From an uncultured Candidatus Saccharibacteria bacterium (GTDB taxonomy: Bacteria; Patescibacteriota; WWE3; UBA101185; UBA10185): a stretch of DNA of 64,000 nt. Below are positions 20,211-29,867 of the stretch, piece after piece. Below the pieces are notes generated by a model that made no database searches, was not told where the DNA came from, and saw only the letters and a program-made list of their open reading frames with translations. The stretch spans positions 2,252 to 66,251 of the forward strand of contig CAYLMU010000001.1 of NCBI GenBank assembly GCA_964385105.1, in the 5' to 3' direction. Within the stretch, counting starts at the first letter, position 1. Every line of letters starts with the position of its first letter. A program made the position numbers and the translations under genes.

Positions 20211-21155
20211 ATGTTAGACCTGCTCGTAATTGGCGACTGTTTTGTTGACCAGCATTTAGTCATAGAAAATACAGATGTTTTTACTGAAGCCGAAACAGGT
20301 GAGGCAAAATTTTGCTTTTTTCACGGAAGCAAAATACCCGTGAATGATTTTAAAACCACGTTTGGCGGAAATGCCGCTCATGTAAGTATTGGTGCAAAAA
20401 GGCTGGGTCTAAATTCGGCCATTTACACCGAACTTGGTGATGACATGTATTCAGACCAATTACTAAAATTGTTTGAAAAAGAACAAGTTGAAACAAAATA
20501 TTGCAAAACTAACCCGGGAACTAACACAAACACATCCGTAATTATTATTTTTAATCAGGAAAGAACTATTTTTAATTTTCACCAGCCGCGAAACTACACG
20601 TTGCCGTTTGAGCAAATACCAATACCCAACTGGATTTATTACACATCATTATCTAAAGGTTTTGAAAAATTTCAGCCCAAACTTGTTGATTTTATAAAAG
20701 CAAACAGTGACATAGGTGTAGCGTGCAACCCGGGATCCATCCATTTGAAGAATTTGGATCAAGTTACACCATTTTTTAAGGTAACTGATGTATTGTTTGT
20801 AAACAAGGACGAAGCAAGGCGCATCACTAATGTGCCGGTTGACAAACAACTTAACCCGGTCGACCTGCACAAAGAGGTTCAAATGCTTGGGCCAAGGCTC
20901 ACTGTAATCACAGACGGCAAAAACGGCTCCAGTGTATATGACGGAAACGAACTTTATGAACAACCCGCCCCACAGGTTTCAAATGTTGTTGACAAAACAG
21001 GAGCCGGGGACGCATACTCGGCAGCATTTTTATCGGCTCTACACCACAAAAAAACAATAAGAGAAGCTATGGAATGGGGTAATAAGAATGCAGCAAGTAT
21101 TGTGGCGCAAATTGGCGCAATTGACGGTCTAGTTTCACTGAAGGAAGTTGAATAA
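20211..21155 (+). CDS. PfkB family carbohydrate kinase
   Basis: FGGNAAH, ITDGKNG, DKTGAGDAY. Confidence 0.93.
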   Translation: MLDLLVIGDCFVDQHLVIENTDVFTEAETGEAKFCFFHGSKIPVNDFKTTFGGNAAHVSIGAKRLGLNSAIYTELGDDMYSDQLLKLFEKEQVETKYCKTNPGTNTNTSVIIIFNQERTIFNFHQPRNYTLPFEQIPIPNWIYYTSLSKGFEKFQPKLVDFIKANSDIGVACNPGSIHLKNLDQVTPFFKVTDVLFVNKDEARRITNVPVDKQLNPVDLHKEVQMLGPRLTVITDGKNGSSVYDGNELYEQPAPQVSNVVDKTGAGDAYSAAFLSALHHKKTIREAMEWGNKNAASIVAQIGAIDGLVSLKEVE

Positions 21156-21157
21156 AC

Positions 21158-22045
21158 ATGAAAGCACAGGAACTATTTAAAAAAGCTAAAGAAAACCATT
21201 TTGCAATAGGTGCCTTTAATGCGGCAAATGTTGAAACACTCAAAGCAGTGACAGGTGCGGCGAAAAAACTTAATTCGCCCGTGATTATTGAAGCATCCGA
21301 CGGGGAAGTAAAATATATTGGAATTAATCAACTTGTTGCATTGGCAAGAGCATACGAGAATGAACATAATATACCAATCATTTTAAATTTAGACCATGCA
21401 AAAACTTTTGAAGCATGCAAAGAAGCCGTCGATGCCGGATTTGACTATGTTCATATTGACGGAAGTAAATTACCTTACGAAGAAAATATTGAAATAACAA
21501 AAAAAGTAGTTAAATATGCTCATGAGCGCGGCGTTATGGTTGAGGGGGAAATGGATCACATTCAAGGCAGTTCAGCCGACCACACAAAAGAAAGTCCTGA
21601 CAAATTTAATGACCCCAAATTTATGACCGTTCCCGAAAAAGCAAAGGAATTTGTTGAAATTACCGAAATTGACACTTTTGCAAGTTTTATAGGAAATTTG
21701 CACGGAATTTATGCCACAGAGCTACATTTAAACCTGGACATTTTAAAAAAACTAAACGAACTTTTACCTCAAACTTATTTTTCACTTCATGGGGGTTCGG
21801 GAATAAACAGCGAAGACGTAAAAAGTGCTATAAAAACAGGAATAGTTAAGGTGAATGTTAATAGCGAAATGAGAATGGCTTTTAAGTCAACACTTCAGCA
21901 AACCTTAAACAGCAGCGATGAAATAGCAATTTATAAAGTAGCTCAACCTGCTATAGATGCCGTACAAGAAGTTGTAGAATCAAAGATTTTACTTTTTGGC
22001 TCAAATAATACGCTTGAAATTCCTCAAATAACTTCATTAGTATAA
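21158..22045 (+). CDS. fba: class II fructose-bisphosphate aldolase
   Basis: GAFN, LDHA, VEGE, GNLHG, LHGGSG, KVNVNS. Confidence 0.93.
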   Translation: MKAQELFKKAKENHFAIGAFNAANVETLKAVTGAAKKLNSPVIIEASDGEVKYIGINQLVALARAYENEHNIPIILNLDHAKTFEACKEAVDAGFDYVHIDGSKLPYEENIEITKKVVKYAHERGVMVEGEMDHIQGSSADHTKESPDKFNDPKFMTVPEKAKEFVEITEIDTFASFIGNLHGIYATELHLNLDILKKLNELLPQTYFSLHGGSGINSEDVKSAIKTGIVKVNVNSEMRMAFKSTLQQTLNSSDEIAIYKVAQPAIDAVQEVVESKILLFGSNNTLEIPQITSLV

Positions 22046-22112
22046 ATTCTGTTCCAAAACAATTAAATATGTTAACTTTTATAAAAATCAATAAATAAAG
22101 TGAGGTGAATAC

Positions 22113-22412
22113 GTGTCACAAAACGAGTCTTTAGCATTGATGGGGTTTGAACAATGGACTCCCAATAATGTCAAAAACCCACGTTTGTATTATTTTAGAG
22201 TGGAAATTCAACGGGGAGATGAAACGCAAATAAAGTTCTTTGCTTCGGCAGGTGATAAGCGATATGAATCCATATGCACTGTAGCAAATTTGGAAAACTT
22301 TGCCGTGGAACGGGCATTGAACATACTGTTTGAACACGAAAAGAACGAAAAAACCAGGGATATTATTAAGGCAGCAAAAGAATTATTGTACGCATTGCTT
22401 AAGAAGGACTAA
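22113..22412 (+). CDS. hypothetical protein
   Basis: GAGGTG SD before GTG start; followed by terminator. Confidence 0.6.
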   Translation: MSQNESLALMGFEQWTPNNVKNPRLYYFRVEIQRGDETQIKFFASAGDKRYESICTVANLENFAVERALNILFEHEKNEKTRDIIKAAKELLYALLKKD

Positions 22413-22438
22413 CGCATTGGGGTGAGGCGGGTTATGTG

Positions 22439-22474
22439 AAAAGCAAGAGGTAAAATTTTATCTCTTGCTTTTTT
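22439..22474 (+). terminator. intrinsic terminator
   Basis: AAAAGCAAGAG...CTCTTGCTTTTTT. Confidence 0.75.
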
Positions 22475-22493
22475 ATTATGTTAACATTAAATA

Positions 22494-23492
22494 ATGAAAC
22501 TGCTCATCACACGTGAAATTCCTCAAGCCGGAATTGAGATTTTAAACAAATACCGTGAAATCGAAATAGATTATCGTAAAGACCGCCCTTTAACAAAAGA
22601 GGAGTTAAAAGATGCGATAAAAGGTAAAGACGCTATCTTGCCCGTAATACCCGACCAAATAACAAAAGAGGTTATGACTGCAGCAGGCCCTCAATTAAAG
22701 TTAATTGCTCACTATGCTGTGGGTTTTGACAACATTGATATAAATGGCGCAACTGAACTGGGAATTTATGTTTCAAACACGCCGGGAGATTTAACCGAGT
22801 CGGTGGCTGAATTTTCGTTGGGACTAATGTTTGCAATTAGTAAAAAAATAGTCTCTTCTGATAAATTTACACGAGAAGGAAATTACAAATTTTGGGATCC
22901 TTTGGTATTTATGGGGCCAACACTCCAAGGTAAAACACTCGGAATCGTGGGGATGGGAAGAATAGGCCAATATCTGGCAAAAATGGCGCACAATGGTCTT
23001 AATATGAAGATTTTGTATACCGACTCAAACACGTGCGAAGAGTTAGAAAAGTCTCTTGGAGCAAAAAAGGTTGAACTTATAGAATTGCTTGAAAATTCTG
23101 ATTTTGTGTCTCTTCATTGCCCGCTTAATGAAAGTACACATCATTTAATAGGACACAAAGAACTTGAGCATATGAAACCGACTTCTTACTTAATAAATAC
23201 AGCACGTGGTCCTGTTGTAAATGAAGCAGCACTATACACTGCATTAAAAGAAAACTGGATTGAAGGAGCTGCCCTTGACGTTTTTGAAAACGAACCCGCA
23301 CTTTACCCCGGATTAGCAGAACTTGAAAACGTAATATTAACTCCACATATAGCAAGTGCAACAAGAGAAGCAAGAATTCAAATGGCAGTTATGGTGGCTA
23401 ATAATATAGTTGATGTTTTAATAAACAAAACCCCTCCGACAAATTTGGTAAATAAAGAACTGGCCGAAAATAAAGTGTCTTCAATCACATAA
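22494..23492 (+). CDS. D-2-hydroxyacid (D-glycerate/glyoxylate) dehydrogenase
   Basis: AVGFDNID, GMGRIG, INTARG, LDVFENEP, TPHIAS. Confidence 0.93.
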   Translation: MKLLITREIPQAGIEILNKYREIEIDYRKDRPLTKEELKDAIKGKDAILPVIPDQITKEVMTAAGPQLKLIAHYAVGFDNIDINGATELGIYVSNTPGDLTESVAEFSLGLMFAISKKIVSSDKFTREGNYKFWDPLVFMGPTLQGKTLGIVGMGRIGQYLAKMAHNGLNMKILYTDSNTCEELEKSLGAKKVELIELLENSDFVSLHCPLNESTHHLIGHKELEHMKPTSYLINTARGPVVNEAALYTALKENWIEGAALDVFENEPALYPGLAELENVILTPHIASATREARIQMAVMVANNIVDVLINKTPPTNLVNKELAENKVSSIT

Positions 23493-23577
23493 GATAAATT
23501 AAAGGCAGATGTTGAAACTTTTAAAAAAACACATTACACTTATAGCACTGCTAGTTTATTAATTTTATGGAGACTTT

Positions 23578-24315
23578 ATGGATAAAAAGAACTTTTTAGG
23601 GAATTCAAACGTTATCACAGGAATCTTGGTAGTCGCGCTTGTAGTTGCAGCTTTTTTTGTAGGAATGTTGTGGATGAAAGTCCAAAATCTTGAGGGCGGA
23701 TCCCGAACCGGCACAGGCACAGGTACCGCAGGAGGAGGCGCTCCTGTTGCTGCCAGATCAATTAGTGAAATTGCCGAAGAAGCAGGTTTAGACGGTGACG
23801 CAATTGAAGAATGTGCACAATCTGATGAAATGGCAACCAAAGTACAAAATCAGTATCAATCAGGTATACGTGCAGGCGTAACCGGAACACCAGGTAACAT
23901 ACTACTTGATACCCAAGCCAACAAAGCAAGACTTGTTTCAGGTGCAGTACCTCTTCAAACTCTAAAAGAGGAGTTAACCGAGCTTGAAGGTGAAAACGGT
24001 ACTACCTCTTATGGAGCGCCGGTAGAAATAGATAATCTTGAGCCTTTATCTGACGGTGATCATGTTAGAGGTAATCAAAATGCAAGATTTGCCTTAATTG
24101 AGTACTCAGACTTTGAATGTCCGTTCTGTCAAAGATTTCACCCTACTGCAAGCCAGCTCATTGCCGACATGGACAATGTAAAATGGGTATACAGGCACTT
24201 TCCATTAGATAGCATACACCCACAGGCAAGAGAACTTGCAAAAGCTTCAGAGTGTGCAGCTAAAGAAGGCGGAGAAGAAGCATTCTGGAAATTTGCAGAT
24301 ACCGTGTACCAATAA
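23578..24315 (+). CDS. membrane-anchored DsbA-family thiol-disulfide oxidoreductase, circularly permuted
   Basis: EYSDFECPFC and YRHFPL present, but the GVTGTPG cis-Pro segment lies upstream of CxxC. Confidence 0.88.
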   Translation: MDKKNFLGNSNVITGILVVALVVAAFFVGMLWMKVQNLEGGSRTGTGTGTAGGGAPVAARSISEIAEEAGLDGDAIEECAQSDEMATKVQNQYQSGIRAGVTGTPGNILLDTQANKARLVSGAVPLQTLKEELTELEGENGTTSYGAPVEIDNLEPLSDGDHVRGNQNARFALIEYSDFECPFCQRFHPTASQLIADMDNVKWVYRHFPLDSIHPQARELAKASECAAKEGGEEAFWKFADTVYQ

Positions 24316-24343
24316 CAAGTACGCTAATTTAAGAGTTTAACGT

Positions 24344-24374
24344 AAAGGCTGTGTTCTTTGAACACAGCCTTTTT
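24344..24374 (+). terminator. intrinsic terminator
   Basis: AAAGGCTGTGTTC-TTT-GAACACAGCCTTTTT perfect stem. Confidence 0.85.
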
Positions 24375-24391
24375 ATTGATAAAATACAAAT

Positions 24392-24940
24392 ATGCAAAGT
24401 TTTTTAAAAAGAAACATGCCGGTTTTTGTTATTGGTTTCATAACATTTGCCGTTTTTTTAGGAATAATATTTAGAGGGGAAACACAAGTTCCTGATGCTG
24501 CCGAATCGCCATACCTAAAAAAAGTGTCCGATGACACTTCTGACATAAATGAAACAGCCACGTATTCGGCCAATCCACAAATAACAAACAACTTTACCGA
24601 CCCAGAAACTTCTATTCAGGTGGTAATACCTGAAGAGCCGGTTTTATCACCTGAAGAAGTCGATGCACAATTTGGTGTTGCAGAAGTTTTTTTTAGACCA
24701 GATGGATTTGAGCCTATTGAAATTGATATTGAACCAAATCAGCTTGTGCGATGGACAAACGAAACAGACAGAGAAATCACCATTTACCAAACAAGTTACA
24801 AAAAATACGATGAATGGGAAACTGATGCGGTAATTCCTCCGGGAGGAACTTTTGAGTTTAGATTCTACAAACCAAAAATCTGGACCTATAAAGAACGTGA
24901 ATCAATGGAATTTGGCTCGGTTTTTGTAAAAACCCCCTAA
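24392..24940 (+). CDS. membrane-anchored cupredoxin-like domain protein
   Basis: GFEP..I.I....VRWTN...IPPGGTFEFRF..P..WTY pattern; no His/Cys copper ligands seen. Confidence 0.65.
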   Translation: MQSFLKRNMPVFVIGFITFAVFLGIIFRGETQVPDAAESPYLKKVSDDTSDINETATYSANPQITNNFTDPETSIQVVIPEEPVLSPEEVDAQFGVAEVFFRPDGFEPIEIDIEPNQLVRWTNETDREITIYQTSYKKYDEWETDAVIPPGGTFEFRFYKPKIWTYKERESMEFGSVFVKTP

Positions 24941-25572
24941 TCAAAAGTAAAAGCTGAAGGACAAACTTTATTTAATACACATTCTGCACACTTGGGCTTT
25001 CTTGCAACACAGATGTATCGTCCATGTAATACTACCGACCCTGAAAAATGACGCCAATGCTCTTTTGGAATTAGCTTCATGAGGTCAAGCTCTATTTTTT
25101 TCGCATCCATGTTTTTGGTAAACCCAAGCCTGTTTGACACGCGAGTTACATGCGTATCAACTACAACACCTTCACCAATATCCCATAATTCCTGTAAAAT
25201 CACGTTTGCGCTTTTTCTTGCAACCCCAGGAAGTTTAGTAAGCTCAGCAATACTTTTTGGCATTATTCCACCAAATTTACTGACCACCATTTCACCCATT
25301 TTAATTAAGCGTTCAGCTTTTCCCACATGAAAATTAACTCCGTGAATATCACTTTGCAACTCTAATGGGTCGGCATTGGCAAAATCTTCCCAGGTTTTGT
25401 ATTTTTTAAATAGGTTTTCTGTTACCTCATTAACTTTTTTATCGGTAGTTTGGGCAGATAGCACAACTGCCACAACTAATTGCATTTCATTTTTATAATT
25501 AAGCTCGGTTTTAGGGTTGGGATATTCTTTTTTTAATAGCGTAATTACCTCGTTTACCTGGTCGTGAAGCAT
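24937..25572 (-). CDS. nth: endonuclease III
   Basis: LSAQTTD, LPGVARKSANV HhH, VDTHV, C-x6-C-x2-C-x5-C FeS motif. Confidence 0.96.
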   Translation of the reverse strand: MLHDQVNEVITLLKKEYPNPKTELNYKNEMQLVVAVVLSAQTTDKKVNEVTENLFKKYKTWEDFANADPLELQSDIHGVNFHVGKAERLIKMGEMVVSKFGGIMPKSIAELTKLPGVARKSANVILQELWDIGEGVVVDTHVTRVSNRLGFTKNMDAKKIELDLMKLIPKEHWRHFSGSVVLHGRYICVARKPKCAECVLNKVCPSAFTFD

Positions 25573-25593
25573 ATTAACAGTATATCAAACCCG

Positions 25594-25647
25594 CTAACAG
25601 TATTCTTACATCCCCTTAATACAACATTTAAATCAATTTCATACACT
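25594..25647 (+). promoter_or_regulatory. direct-repeat regulator box plus -10 (site A)
   Basis: CTAACA-N5-CTTACA-N31-TACACT; same architecture at 31183, 48664(-) and partly 39879. Confidence 0.6.
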
Positions 25648-25690
25648 GAGCATAGTAAAAAATTACTTATTTGTAGGAGGTGAAATAGTA

Positions 25691-25936
25691 ATGAGTTTAA
25701 TTATGTGGATTATTTTTGGTGCGATAGTCGGATGGTTGGCATCGGTAATAATGAACAGAAACAGTCAGCAAGGATTGCTTGGTGACATAATTCTGGGAAT
25801 AATCGGTGCGCTTGTGGGAGGATTTCTCGCCAGCTTGTTTGGTGCAGAAGGTATTCAAGGATTTAACTTATACAGCATGGTTGTAGCCTTAATCGGTGCA
25901 GCAGTTGTAGTTTGGGTAGGTAGATTGTTAACTTAA
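25691..25936 (+). CDS. GlsB/YeaQ/YmgE family stress-response membrane protein
   Basis: WIIFGAIVGWLA...DIILGIIGALVGG; SD AGGAGGTGA. Confidence 0.92.
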   Translation: MSLIMWIIFGAIVGWLASVIMNRNSQQGLLGDIILGIIGALVGGFLASLFGAEGIQGFNLYSMVVALIGAAVVVWVGRLLT

Positions 25937-25961
25937 AAAATTAATAGAAAGGCAGGTGTGT

Positions 25962-26222
25962 ATGCACGATACAGATTTTGCGACAAACATTGATGAAAAA
26001 TGGCAGGAAGCAAGAGCCAGATTTGCTGAACTAAGAGAAGACGCCTCAGACGAAATGAATGAACAACTGCAAAATGCAGAATCGGCATTAGACAGATTTC
26101 AGTTAAAAATGGAAGAGTATAAAAACTCTGCAGAAGATACTGAAATAGCCGAAGAACTGCGCGAGGCATGGATGGAAGTAAAAACAACACTAGACCTGGA
26201 AGATGATCGGCAAATGGAATGA
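25962..26222 (+). CDS. acidic coiled-coil hypothetical protein
   Basis: SD-like GGCAGGTG before ATG; helical acidic sequence; terminator follows. Confidence 0.7.
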   Translation: MHDTDFATNIDEKWQEARARFAELREDASDEMNEQLQNAESALDRFQLKMEEYKNSAEDTEIAEELREAWMEVKTTLDLEDDRQME

Positions 26223-26240
26223 TGAGAAAAAATTTAATAT

Positions 26241-26273
26241 AAATAACCCGTCGTAATGGCGGGTTATTTTTTT
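26241..26273 (+). terminator. intrinsic terminator
   Basis: AAATAACCCG...CGGGTTATTTTTTT. Confidence 0.75.
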
Positions 26274-26291
26274 GTTAAAATATACAAAAGT

Positions 26292-28049
26292 ATGAGTTTA
26301 AGCAAAAAAGACAAGAAATTTATAAAAAAACATTACAAAACATTAAAAAAAGAAGAAATTGCAAATGAATTAAATGTATCTATACAAGAAATAGAAAAAT
26401 ATGCAAAAAAGCACGCTCTTGTTAAAAATCCACAAAAACAAAAAAGATTGCCTGTAGCTACAGAAAGAGTTGAAATTAAATCTTTTAAAGAATTAGTTGG
26501 CTTTATATTAAAAAACAAGACTTTGGTAACCGTTTTAATTTTATTACCGCTCGTTGTGTATGCAAATTCTTTAAGAGGCGAATTTGTGTCAGATGATTTG
26601 CCAGGGTATGTAAACAACCCTGCTGCTCAAAACCTTTCGGAAGCTATTTCAAAATATGAACTTGGAGACATAATTTATGCCATTTCTTACTCGCTTTTTG
26701 GTTTAACTCCAATTCCGTTGCATGTTTTATCCCTGATTTTGCATATTAAAGTGACTTTGATGTTTTTTATTATTTTTTCAATTTTGTTTCATAAAAGAGT
26801 TGCGTTTTATGCAGCACTTTTATTTAGCGTTCACCCCGTTACAACAGAAACTGTTGATTGGATTTCGGCTAAAGGATACCTTCTCACCGCACTTTTTGTT
26901 TTTATGCCGGTTTTATTTTATTTAATATATAAAGATTCCAATAATCGCCGGTATTTTGCCGTTTCAATAATAATTTATTCAATAGGCGCTATTATGATGA
27001 AAACACCTTGGATTTTAATTTCACCGGCATTTTTTATACTGGTGGACTTTTTCTTTAGAAACACCAAAGTAACTATAAAAAATCTAAATGACCATTTTTT
27101 GTTGTGGGGATTTACCGCACTCTACGCATTTGTAATGTTTAATCAGCAATATGTTCAAAGACTTCAGACTCTTGAAACAGTACACAGTTTTTCGCCGGAA
27201 CAAAGCGCTCCCTATTATGCAAGGCTTCCATACTCCATATTTATGACACTTTACTTGTATGTTTTTCCAAACGGCATGACTATATACCATGAAGGAGCTT
27301 CTATTAGCGGCAAGTTGTTTGCATTAATGATTATAGTAACAATAATATTTTTGGGTAGTGCGTTGTGGCTACTGTTTAGTAATAAAAAAGTTGCCGCACT
27401 GTTAATATTTATTTTAGCGGCCACAATACCAATGTTGAGCCCCATACAAATTGGCTGGCTTATTGCAGAAAGGTACCTATATATGGGACTAATAGCATTT
27501 TGTATTGGTGTAGCAATGATATTGTTAAAAATTGAAGAAGCAACGGGAAAAAAATATATTTCTGTGTATCTGTTAGCTTTGCTTGTTACTATTTATTCTG
27601 TAAGAACAATGATTAGAAACCATGACTGGAGTACCCGTGAAAGATTATGGTGGTCAACAATACGCACGTCGCCGGGAAGTCATAGAGCATACAACAATCT
27701 TGGTGATGTATATTCCGAAAAAAACAACTACCCTTTGGCTGCCGAAATGTTTGCTAAATCAGTTGAGTTAAATCCTACATATGCTGAAGCCTGGCATAAT
27801 CTGGGAACAGCTTACCTTCAAATGGGCGACGCAAAAACTGCTTATGAATATATACTACATTCTTATGAACTAAAACCCGTACTCTACCAATCTACATATA
27901 AACTAGGACTTATAGAATATGAAAACAAAAATTATGAAAAAGCACGGGAATACTTTATGAAAACTGTTGAAATAGCTCCGCAATTTACTCCTGCATACGA
28001 GGCATTAGCGGCTGCAGAACAGCAAGTGGTACAATTGGAAAATGAATAA
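26292..28049 (+). CDS. TMTC-like GT-C membrane glycosyltransferase with TPR repeats
   Basis: FVSDD, FSVHPVTTETV.WIS, AERYLY, RNHDW, C-terminal TPRs. Confidence 0.85.
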   Translation: MSLSKKDKKFIKKHYKTLKKEEIANELNVSIQEIEKYAKKHALVKNPQKQKRLPVATERVEIKSFKELVGFILKNKTLVTVLILLPLVVYANSLRGEFVSDDLPGYVNNPAAQNLSEAISKYELGDIIYAISYSLFGLTPIPLHVLSLILHIKVTLMFFIIFSILFHKRVAFYAALLFSVHPVTTETVDWISAKGYLLTALFVFMPVLFYLIYKDSNNRRYFAVSIIIYSIGAIMMKTPWILISPAFFILVDFFFRNTKVTIKNLNDHFLLWGFTALYAFVMFNQQYVQRLQTLETVHSFSPEQSAPYYARLPYSIFMTLYLYVFPNGMTIYHEGASISGKLFALMIIVTIIFLGSALWLLFSNKKVAALLIFILAATIPMLSPIQIGWLIAERYLYMGLIAFCIGVAMILLKIEEATGKKYISVYLLALLVTIYSVRTMIRNHDWSTRERLWWSTIRTSPGSHRAYNNLGDVYSEKNNYPLAAEMFAKSVELNPTYAEAWHNLGTAYLQMGDAKTAYEYILHSYELKPVLYQSTYKLGLIEYENKNYEKAREYFMKTVEIAPQFTPAYEALAAAEQQVVQLENE

Positions 28050-29853
28050 AGCAATAAATATAAATACTTCAGTTACTAAGTGGAATCTTACCCCGTTATT
28101 GAACGATCCATCACAAGAAGAAGCTAAACTTAACGAACTAAAAAATGCAAGTTATAACTTTATTAACAAATGGAAAGACAGATTAGATTATCTTGAAGAT
28201 CCGGCAGTTTTAAAAGAAGCTTTAGATGAATATGAAGCGTGGGCTGCAAATTATGGTACCGATGGAGATGTGGGTTATTATTATGGCCTCAGGTCTGCAC
28301 AAGACCAGCTTGACACTGAAATTAGAGCAAAACTAAACAAAATAAATGATATTTCAACTCAAATATCTAATGATATACAATTTTTTGAACACAGACTTTC
28401 TAAAGTTGCTTTAGACACACAAAAACAATTTCTGTCATATGCAGAATTGGCGCCATATCATCATTTTTTGAAAAATCTTTTTGAGAATGCAAAGTATTTA
28501 TTAAGTGAGGAAGAAGAAAAAATATTGAATCTGGTATCGCCTACGTCGCATTCACACTGGGTAAGAATGGTATCTTCAATGCTTTCGACCGTAGAAAAAG
28601 AAGTGTTGACTGAAGAGGAAAAACTTGAGGTTAAGAGTTTTAACTCAATATTTGGTAATTTAAGCAGTAAAAAGAAAAATGTCCGCGATAGTGCGGCACA
28701 GGCAATTAACGAAACATTAAAAGCGCACCTTGATGTTGCTGAAAATGAACTTAACTCGGTTTTACAATACAAAAAAGTGAATGATGAGTTAAGAAAAGTA
28801 GAAAAACCCGATAAACTAAGGCATATTAGCGATGACATTGAAAGTGACGTGGTTGATACACTTGTACAGGTAATTTCAAGCAGAAATTCTATTTCTCACA
28901 AATACTATGAATTAAAAGCAAAATTACTTGGTCTTAAGAAATTGGCATACCACGAAAGATCTGTTGAATATGGCGATATTGATAAGAAATATACTTATGA
29001 TGAATCGGTGGAATTGGTAAATAAGACTTTTTTGTCACTTGATGCTGAGTTTGCGGAAATATTTAAAAAAATGGTTGAAAACGGACAATTTGATGTTTTT
29101 CCACAAAAAGGTAAAAGCGGCGGCGCATTTTGTGCAGGAGGACTGCTAAATCAACCTGTATACATTTTGCTAAACCACAATAATAAAATTAATGACGTAT
29201 TAACCATAGCTCACGAAATGGGACATGCAATAAACGATTATTTAATTAAAGACAAGCAAAACGCATTGAATGCCGGAACATCGCTTGCAACAGCTGAGGT
29301 AGCCAGTACATTTATGGAAGACTTTGTTCTTCAGGAGTTGTTAAAAGACGCTGATGATGAAACAAAACTTGCACTACTTATTTCTAAACTCGACAGTGAT
29401 GTAGGTTCAATCCCAAGGCAAATTGCCGCATACAGGTTTGAACAGGAACTTCACACAAATTTTAGAGAACAGGGATATTTGTCAAAACAAGCAATTGGTG
29501 ACTTGTTTCAAAAACATATGGAATCATATATGGGTCCATATGTAGAACAAACTGAAGATTCAAAAAACTGGTGGGTATACTGGGGACATATTCGTAGATT
29601 CTTTTATGTTTATTCTTATGCAAGCGGATTATTGATTTCGAAATCAATGCAATACTCAGTCAAACAAGATCCTCAGTTTATAACCAAAGTAAAAGAATTT
29701 TTGAGTGCCGGAAGCAGCGCATCCCCAAAAGAAATATTTTTACAAATGGGCATAGATATAACAAAAAAAGACTTTTGGAACAAAGGACTTAATGAAATGG
29801 AAAAACAACTTAACGAAGCAGAGGAACTGGCGGTTAAACTAAACAAAATATAG
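28042..29853 (+). CDS. pepF: oligoendopeptidase F (M3B)
   Basis: GKSGGAFC, HEMGH, AEVASTF, FYVYSYA. Confidence 0.92.
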   Translation: MNKAININTSVTKWNLTPLLNDPSQEEAKLNELKNASYNFINKWKDRLDYLEDPAVLKEALDEYEAWAANYGTDGDVGYYYGLRSAQDQLDTEIRAKLNKINDISTQISNDIQFFEHRLSKVALDTQKQFLSYAELAPYHHFLKNLFENAKYLLSEEEEKILNLVSPTSHSHWVRMVSSMLSTVEKEVLTEEEKLEVKSFNSIFGNLSSKKKNVRDSAAQAINETLKAHLDVAENELNSVLQYKKVNDELRKVEKPDKLRHISDDIESDVVDTLVQVISSRNSISHKYYELKAKLLGLKKLAYHERSVEYGDIDKKYTYDESVELVNKTFLSLDAEFAEIFKKMVENGQFDVFPQKGKSGGAFCAGGLLNQPVYILLNHNNKINDVLTIAHEMGHAINDYLIKDKQNALNAGTSLATAEVASTFMEDFVLQELLKDADDETKLALLISKLDSDVGSIPRQIAAYRFEQELHTNFREQGYLSKQAIGDLFQKHMESYMGPYVEQTEDSKNWWVYWGHIRRFFYVYSYASGLLISKSMQYSVKQDPQFITKVKEFLSAGSSASPKEIFLQMGIDITKKDFWNKGLNEMEKQLNEAEELAVKLNKI

Positions 29854-29867
29854 TGTAAAATAAATGT

